Positions 26,502 to 32,000 of a stretch of DNA of 32,000 bases are shown one piece after another; position 1 is the stretch's first letter, and each line of letters starts with the position of its first letter. Under the pieces are notes generated by a model. That model was not told the origin of the DNA. It searched no databases and saw only the letters and a program-made list of their open reading frames with translations. The position numbers and the translations under genes are program-made. Origin of the DNA: Methylorubrum extorquens (GTDB taxonomy: Bacteria > Pseudomonadota > Alphaproteobacteria > Rhizobiales > Beijerinckiaceae); NCBI GenBank assembly GCA_900234795.1, contig LT962688.1, positions 5,520,001 to 5,552,000 on the forward strand. The letters are read 5' to 3'.

Positions 26502-27179
26502 ATGGAGGGCGGGCTGCGCCGCTTCACCGAGGACGTCCTGCGCCGCGAGGATGCCGAGCGCCGTCGCATCGCGCGCGAGCTTCACGACACGACCGGGCAG
26601 AACCTGATCGCTGCGGGATTCGAACTTGGAGCCGTCGAGCGCGGTTTGATCGATCCGTCCCCGCAGGTCAGCACCGCCCTGTCGCACGCGCGGTCGCTGG
26701 TCGATGCGAGCGTGAGCGAACTGCGCACCTTGGCCTACGTCCTTCATCCGGCCCTCCTCGACGAGGCCGGACTGGGTGTCGCGTTGCCAACGCTGGCCGA
26801 GGGCTTCGAGAAACGCACCGGCGTGCGCGTAGCCATCACGGTCGCGGAAGAGCTGGCCGCGCGGCGCTGGCTTCCTGAAATCGAGATCGCGCTCTACCGG
26901 GTGGCGCAGGAGGCGCTCACCAACGTCCAGCGCCATTCCGCCACGAAGGCAGCCCGCGTTGCACTGCAGCCGTGTGCCCCGGGACACATGGAGCTCGTGG
27001 TCGAGGACGGAGCCGACGGCAGGCCAGGCGATACGCTCGCGCCGCCCGTCGTCGAAGGTGCGGGCATCCGGGGCATGCGGGACCGCATCGACGCCCTCGG
27101 CGGATCTTTGGTAGTCACGCCCCGGGACGGCGGCTTCCGGATCACGGCGACGGTGCCCACCGGTGCGGGCCCTCCCTGA
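26502..27179 (+). CDS. HisKA_3/HATPase_c histidine-kinase core (NarX/DesK type), probably the 3' part of the disrupted gene
   Basis: H-box ERRRIARELHDTTGQNL. N-box YRVAQEALTNVQRHS. G-boxes VEDGADG and GAGIRGMRDRIDALGGSLVV. No cognate LuxR/NarL-type regulator in the window. Confidence 0.7.
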   Translation: MEGGLRRFTEDVLRREDAERRRIARELHDTTGQNLIAAGFELGAVERGLIDPSPQVSTALSHARSLVDASVSELRTLAYVLHPALLDEAGLGVALPTLAEGFEKRTGVRVAITVAEELAARRWLPEIEIALYRVAQEALTNVQRHSATKAARVALQPCAPGHMELVVEDGADGRPGDTLAPPVVEGAGIRGMRDRIDALGGSLVVTPRDGGFRITATVPTGAGPP

Positions 27180-27192
27180 CCTCCAGGCCAGC

Positions 27193-27528
27193 CTATCTGC
27201 GGAAGCGACCACCCCCGTGGAAGCCCCGACCGCCTCCGCGGTAGCCGCGATAAACCCCGACCCGACGTCCGTAGACACCACGGCCGCCATACACGCGTCG
27301 TCCGTAATAGCCGCCACGATACCCGTAGACAGCGCCGCCGCGGTAGTAGCCGGGAGCGCCGTAGACGTTCGGCCGGCAACCGCCGTACGGACCGCGGTGG
27401 AAGCCGACGCCGCAGCCGCCGGCCGCCTGGGCCGTGCCGACCCCAATCCTTCCCTGGTCGAGGGAGCTTGCCGCTACCCAGGCGCCGAGCGCCAATATAG
27501 CCAGCATCAGCGTTTTTGAGAGCCTCAT
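27193..27528 (-). CDS. GCG_CRPN-prefix Gly/Tyr/Arg-rich secreted repeat protein
   Basis: Signal peptide MRLSKTLMLAILALGAWVAASS, then AAGGCGVGFHRGPYGGCRPN, followed by a GY/RG low-complexity tail (YGYRGGYYGRRVYGGRGVYGRRVGVYRGYRGGGRGFHGGGRFRR). GGAGG lies 8 nt upstream of ATG 27528. Confidence 0.75.
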   Translation of the reverse strand: MRLSKTLMLAILALGAWVAASSLDQGRIGVGTAQAAGGCGVGFHRGPYGGCRPNVYGAPGYYRGGAVYGYRGGYYGRRVYGGRGVYGRRVGVYRGYRGGGRGFHGGGRFRR

Positions 27529-28119
27529 AACGATGACCTCCAAAATGAACTCCAGCTAGGCTAAGTCAGGGCTGCCTTCCCGCCTATCGGGGAGAACCCT
27601 TACGTCATCGCGGGAAAGCCCTTAAACGACACCAAGCGTGCGGCATTTGAGATGGAGATCTGCTGGTCTATTCGGCTTCAGCCCGTGATATTTGTCCGCT
27701 TCTGGTTCGATGTCTTCTCGGAGGGGCTGCGGACATCCTGGTTCGGCTCAGAAGTCGTGTCATCTGGGTGGTTGAGTTCCACTAAGGCCTTGTTGCCGCC
27801 TGCATCGTTGCCCGCACCTGCACCTAAAGCGGACCATCCACCGCTTGCAGGCGAAGGCCCGCTGATGGCGCCGTCCCCCATTTTCAAAAATGATCGAACG
27901 GCTGCTCATGGAGACGACGTAGAGCCTCTCCTACGGCGTAGTTGGGTCGAAAGCCGAACGTCCGCTTCTAGACGCGACGCCTATTTCCGCTCCCCACCCT
28001 TTGCAGAAGTCCGGCTTGGGCGGGCTTCGCACCGGCAAGTGAACTCTGGCCGTGCACCCAGAAACGGTCGCGCTCTTGATAGCCGACCAGCGCACTAACT
28101 CAACCAAAAGTAGTTAAGT

Positions 28120-30420
28120 TCACCCGCCCCGCACGGGCCGGAACGCGACAACCCGATCTGCTCCGTCCTCGTGCTTGAGGCAGTCCGCGACCGCGTTAGC
28201 GAGATCGGCTTGTTGGTAGGGCTTGTTCAGCCGAGGCAGCGCAAGGTGGCTGTCCTGCACCACCTCCGCATAGCCCGTCGCAAGGAGGATCGGGATGCGC
28301 GGCCACTCAGCCCTGATCGCCTCCGCGAGGTGCTGGCCCGTCATGCCCGGCATGGCGTAATCTGTGATTACGAGATCGACCTTGCGACCCCTTCGCAAGA
28401 GGGTCAGCGCCTCCTCTCCGGACGAGGCTTCGAGTACCACATGCCCGAGGTCGTCCAGCATCGCGGCTGTGTTCGCCAGGACAAGGGCGTCATCATCGAT
28501 CGCCAGCACTGTCAGCGAGCGCGTCGCTGCGCCAACCTTCTGGTCTGCGTCATTCGCGACCTCGTCGGTTTCCTCTCTGGCCTCGGCAACTGGAAGCCAA
28601 ACCTCAGCGGTCGTGCCCGCGCCAAGGCGGCTCTTGAGGAACAGGGCTCCACCAGACTGCTCGGCAAGGCCATGCACCATGGACAGCCCGAGGCCCGTTC
28701 CCTTACCCACGCCCTTCGTCGTGAAGAACGGCTCCATCGCTTGCCGCAGGGTGGCCTCGTTCATGCCCGTGCCCGTGTCCGATACCCAGAGGCAGACGTA
28801 CTTGCCTGGCGAGAGACCGCGTACCTGATCTGCTCCAACCGTCTGCTCGCGCGCGCCAATCGTGATGGTGCCGCCATTGGGCATGGCGTCCCTCGCGTTC
28901 ACGACGAGGTTCAACAGCGCCAGCTCAAGCTGGTTGGCGTCCGCATAGGCGTCGGGCAATCCCAGAGGGAAGTGCGTCTCGATCTGCACCCGCGGGCCGA
29001 TGGAACGGCGAAGCAGGTCCTCCATGCCTCGCACAAGATCAGGGGGACAGACTGGCTCGGGCCTCAGACTCTGCCGCCGTGCAAAGGACAGCATGCGCTG
29101 CGTCAACGAGGCTCCACGCTCAGCCCCTTGGATCGCGTGCTCGACAAGGCGCGTGAGCCTGGGGTCGTCGGGCAGGCGCTTGCGCAGGAGATCGAGATTG
29201 CCAATCACCACGGCAAGCAGGTTGTTGAAGTCGTGCGCGATGCCGCCGGTGAGGCGTCCAACAGCCTCCATCTTCTGGGCCTGCCGCAGCGCCTCCTCCG
29301 CACGTCGTCTGGCGGTCACATCGACGATGCCGCCAAGCGCGCGCAGGAACCCGCCCTGCGCGTCGCGCTCGACTTGCGAGGATAGGAGAACGTCAAGGGG
29401 CTCGCCGCGTTGGGTCACGAAGCGGTACTCGGCGTCGCGAAGCACGCCGCTCGCCAGGAGCTTGGGCCAATCCTCCTGAACGCGGCGGCGCGCTGATTCC
29501 TCATTCATGAAGTTGATCAAGGGGCGACCCACAACGCTCTCGCGCGGGTAGCCGAGAAGGTCGAGCCAAGCGTCGCTGACCTCCTCGATACGGCCCTCGG
29601 CATCGAGGGCGTGCAGAGGCAGCGGCGTCTTGCGGTAGAGCGCCCGGAACTGCTCCTCACTCCGGCGCAAGGCTACGGCCTCTCGTTCAGCGAGCACAGC
29701 AAAGCGGCGATCGAACATGGCCGCGATTAGCGAGAGGAACAGGATCAGGAACGTGGCGGCGGCGACGGCAAGGGCGAGGTTCGTCTGGCCAATGCTGGCA
29801 TTGCCATGCCCGCCGTCAGTCACCTCGTGAGCGGTGAAGGAGGCAGCATACATGGCCGTGTAGTGCATGCCCGAGACCGCAATGCCCATCACACCTGCGG
29901 CCACGAGCTTTTGCACCAGCCCCGTGTTCTTGAAGGCTAGCCAGAGCGCGATGGTCGAGGCTCCGACGGCGATCAGGATCGAGACGGCCACCCACAGCGC
30001 GTCGTAGCGCAGGGAGGCGGGCACATGCATTGCGGCCATGCCGGTGTAGTGCATGGCCGCAATGCCGATACCCATGAGAAGGCCGCTTGCAGCGAGAGCG
30101 AAGCGGCTCCTCCTAGGCCGGTTCACGACGGCAAAGCCGATCCCGGTGACCGCGACAGGCACGATCAGCGAGAGGAGCGTGAGGCTGACGTCGTAGTGCG
30201 CCTCCATGCCCGGCATGCTGAAGGCGAGCATGGCGACGAAGTGCATGGCCCAGATGCCACCACCCATGGCGAGGGCTGCAGTCGCGAGCCATGCATGCGC
30301 CGCCCAGCCCGTTGCTGCACGGATGCGGCCTGCGAGATCAAGAGCGGTGTAGGACGCGACCGTCGCGATGAGGACCGAGAGGGTGACGAGGGTGCTGTCG
30401 TGGGCTCCTGACACGGACAT
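28120..30420 (-). CDS. MHYT-domain / PAS hybrid sensor histidine kinase-response regulator
   Basis: 766 aa. Three MHYT-type motifs in a 7-TM N-domain (WAMHFVAM, AAMHYTGM, SGMHYTAM). PAS (PLHALDAEGRIEEVSDAWLDLLGYPRESVVGRPL...). H-box GGIAHDFNNLL. HATPase_c (NARDAM, DTGTGM, GKGTGLGLS). REC (VLAIDDD...DYAMPGM...KPY). Confidence 0.9.
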   Translation of the reverse strand: MSVSGAHDSTLVTLSVLIATVASYTALDLAGRIRAATGWAAHAWLATAALAMGGGIWAMHFVAMLAFSMPGMEAHYDVSLTLLSLIVPVAVTGIGFAVVNRPRRSRFALAASGLLMGIGIAAMHYTGMAAMHVPASLRYDALWVAVSILIAVGASTIALWLAFKNTGLVQKLVAAGVMGIAVSGMHYTAMYAASFTAHEVTDGGHGNASIGQTNLALAVAAATFLILFLSLIAAMFDRRFAVLAEREAVALRRSEEQFRALYRKTPLPLHALDAEGRIEEVSDAWLDLLGYPRESVVGRPLINFMNEESARRRVQEDWPKLLASGVLRDAEYRFVTQRGEPLDVLLSSQVERDAQGGFLRALGGIVDVTARRRAEEALRQAQKMEAVGRLTGGIAHDFNNLLAVVIGNLDLLRKRLPDDPRLTRLVEHAIQGAERGASLTQRMLSFARRQSLRPEPVCPPDLVRGMEDLLRRSIGPRVQIETHFPLGLPDAYADANQLELALLNLVVNARDAMPNGGTITIGAREQTVGADQVRGLSPGKYVCLWVSDTGTGMNEATLRQAMEPFFTTKGVGKGTGLGLSMVHGLAEQSGGALFLKSRLGAGTTAEVWLPVAEAREETDEVANDADQKVGAATRSLTVLAIDDDALVLANTAAMLDDLGHVVLEASSGEEALTLLRRGRKVDLVITDYAMPGMTGQHLAEAIRAEWPRIPILLATGYAEVVQDSHLALPRLNKPYQQADLANAVADCLKHEDGADRVVAFRPVRGG

Positions 30421-30980
30421 ACTCGCCGACTCGCCTGGGCGCGACGCGGCTGCCCAGCCAGACCTTAGGAGGCTTTATAGCTGCCTCCAAGTGACTGAGC
30501 TTGTCAGGCAGGATCGTGTTCAGCGAGGCTCGCGAGAACATGGTCCGAGAAGGGTCATGTCCGGCCGCTCACCGCGTCAGGCGAATGACTGCTTCCCACC
30601 CCATCCGGACCTTCGACATCAGCGCCTCGAATGTCCGCAAGGGTCTTTTCATGCCTTCACACAAGCCGCACCCAGGTCCGCTCGTTCGGATTCGGCAGCG
30701 CAGAGCCCAAAGTCCCCAGTCGAATGAGCTCAGCCGTTCTGCTCAGGGTCATTGTGGTTGAGAGACGCTCTGATAACGACACTGCTCATTCTGCCCAAAA
30801 ACGACGGTCGCTCATTTACGCTGAGAAAAATGTTGTAGAGCCAGATGCTTAGCTGATCACAAAGTTGTGCCACACCAGCGCGCACTGGCCCGAGTGGCGA
30901 TTTCGATGCGTCTGCCGGTGGTGATCGGTGCGTGTTGCGTGAGTTGACGGCACCTACCCCCCGAATCACCGGACGCTACG

Positions 30981-32000
30981 TGAGCGACTGTCTTGCTGGT
31001 CAAGCGGGTTGCCATGGCGTTCCGTCTCTCAGGATGGCGTTGAGGATGGTGATCAGCTTCCGAGCGGTGGCAATCAGGGCAACGAGCTTGGGCTTACCGG
31101 CTGCGATGAGCCGGTCCCGGAAGGTTTTCAGCGCGGCATTGTGACGGCTGGCCACCATGGCCCCCATGAACAGCGCCGTGCGAACAGGTGCGCGGCCGCC
31201 TGCAATGAAGCTCCTCCCTCGCCACTGACCGGATTGCCGCGTCCAAGGGGCCAAGCCGACCAGCGCGGCGACTTGCTTCCGGTTGAGGCTTCCAAGCTCA
31301 GGCAGCTCCGCGATCAGGGTTCGTGCGATCGTCGGTCCAACACCAGGAACGGAGGTCAGGAGGGTCTCCTTCCTGCGCCATTCAAGCGACCGGTCTACCT
31401 CTGCATCGATCGAGCGGTCGATCACACTCTGCTCCTGCTCCAACGCCTCTATGACGCGCCGGACGCTGTCTCGAATGCACGGTGGAGCTTGGCTCGCTCG
31501 CTGCCGCTCGGACGCGATCAGTCCTACGATCTGACGGCGTCTTGTGACGAGATCAGCCAAGGCCTGAGTCTCGGCATCGGCCCGAGCGCGAACGGGTGGG
31601 TTGGTGGCCGCCGCGAACCGGGCGATCACGGTGGCGTCGATGCGGTCGGTCTTGGCGCGTTGGCCCAAGGCGTGAGCGAAAGCACGGACCTGTGCTGGGT
31701 TCACGATCACGGCTGGTAGCCTCCAGGTGGTGAGAGCACGTGCCACCATGGCTTCCAAACCGCCGGTTGCCTCCAGGACGACGAGCTTCGGCTTCAGGGG
31801 CCGGAGGCGTTCGCACAGCTGCTCCACACCCTCTGTCGTACGGTCAACGGCGAAGTTCGCTCCAGAGGGATGAACGTGAATATCGAGGCGGTCTCGGGCG
31901 ACATCGATCCCGACAACAGGAGCGTCCATCTGATCCCATCCTTGCGCAAGCGGGCTTCGCGTTGAGCGGCCCAAGCGACTGTTCGGGTTCGATGGAACGG
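30981..32000 (-). mobile_element. IS110-family element, copy B (inverted relative to copy A; truncated by the window edge)
   Basis: The reverse complement of 30981-32000 matches 24646-25665 except for 7 single-base differences. The flank beyond the right end (CGTAGCGTCC in element orientation) differs from that of copy A (ACCCAGGTGG). Confidence 0.85.
31000..31929 (-). CDS. IS110-family transposase/recombinase, intact (copy B)
   Basis: The 309-aa product is identical to copy A in the supplied translations. Confidence 0.9.
   Translation of the reverse strand: MDAPVVGIDVARDRLDIHVHPSGANFAVDRTTEGVEQLCERLRPLKPKLVVLEATGGLEAMVARALTTWRLPAVIVNPAQVRAFAHALGQRAKTDRIDATVIARFAAATNPPVRARADAETQALADLVTRRRQIVGLIASERQRASQAPPCIRDSVRRVIEALEQEQSVIDRSIDAEVDRSLEWRRKETLLTSVPGVGPTIARTLIAELPELGSLNRKQVAALVGLAPWTRQSGQWRGRSFIAGGRAPVRTALFMGAMVASRHNAALKTFRDRLIAAGKPKLVALIATARKLITILNAILRDGTPWQPA

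Noticed and set aside
30421-30980. Several 60-120-aa ORFs in the 560-bp region upstream of the MHYT kinase, and a GGAGGC/GCCTCC hairpin at about 30464-30489.
   Set aside because: The ORFs overlap one another in different frames, have no SD and no motifs. The region is probably a long regulatory leader or rearrangement scar. The hairpin alone is not interpretable.
24646-32000. Reading the inverted IS110 pair as a classical composite transposon.
   Set aside because: IS110-family elements move through circular intermediates and guide-RNA-directed recombination of their own ends, and are not known to mobilise flanked DNA the way IS10/IS50 do. Inversion by homologous recombination is the more defensible consequence.
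1-32000. CRISPR arrays, rRNA, tRNA and tandem repeat arrays.
   Set aside because: I saw no regularly spaced direct repeats and no rRNA or tRNA consensus blocks on either strand. This was a visual scan only. tRNAscan, Infernal and CRISPR finders should confirm it.

Overview
High-GC accessory region; the gene content looks alphaproteobacterial (Rhizobiales/Methylobacterium-like), which is my inference. Most of the window is a mobile-element hotspot. The left edge carries two ordinary chromosomal genes: a TAXI-type solute receptor and a FUSC/DUF2955-like membrane protein. From about 2.4 kb onward, GC content drops in patches. In order, the window then holds: an RNase HI plus a low-GC orphan gene; a nonsense-mutated serine-recombinase remnant; a MerR regulator; an internally deleted IS256-family remnant; an IS5-family (IS427-like) element split by an intact IS1111-like IS110-family element; a compact ~50% GC module of a 770-aa HUH (Rep_1-like) protein, an AlpA/Xis-like protein and a tyrosine integrase; a 5'-truncated hybrid histidine kinase; a lower-GC islet with PsiF-like, small membrane and phasin genes; an IS3 (IS407-like) element whose orfB carries amber stops; a DUF6522-like gene and pterin-4a-carbinolamine dehydratase; a second serine recombinase; a second IS3-family element carrying a nested IS110-family element; a fragmented PAS/HisKA_3 kinase; a GCG_CRPN Gly/Tyr/Arg-rich secreted protein; an intact MHYT-PAS hybrid kinase; and an inverted second copy of the same IS110 element that runs off the right edge. 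My top candidate for something new is the Rep-Xis-Int module, read as a small integrative rolling-circle element. I recognised no rRNA, tRNA or CRISPR array by eye. The other main leads are junction-matching guide-like motifs in the 3' non-coding end of the nested IS1111-like element (candidate bridge/seek RNA), and the inverted IS110 pair, which differs only by silent substitutions and brackets a 5.3-kb sensor-kinase segment. All family assignments come from motif recognition in the supplied translations. No database search was run.
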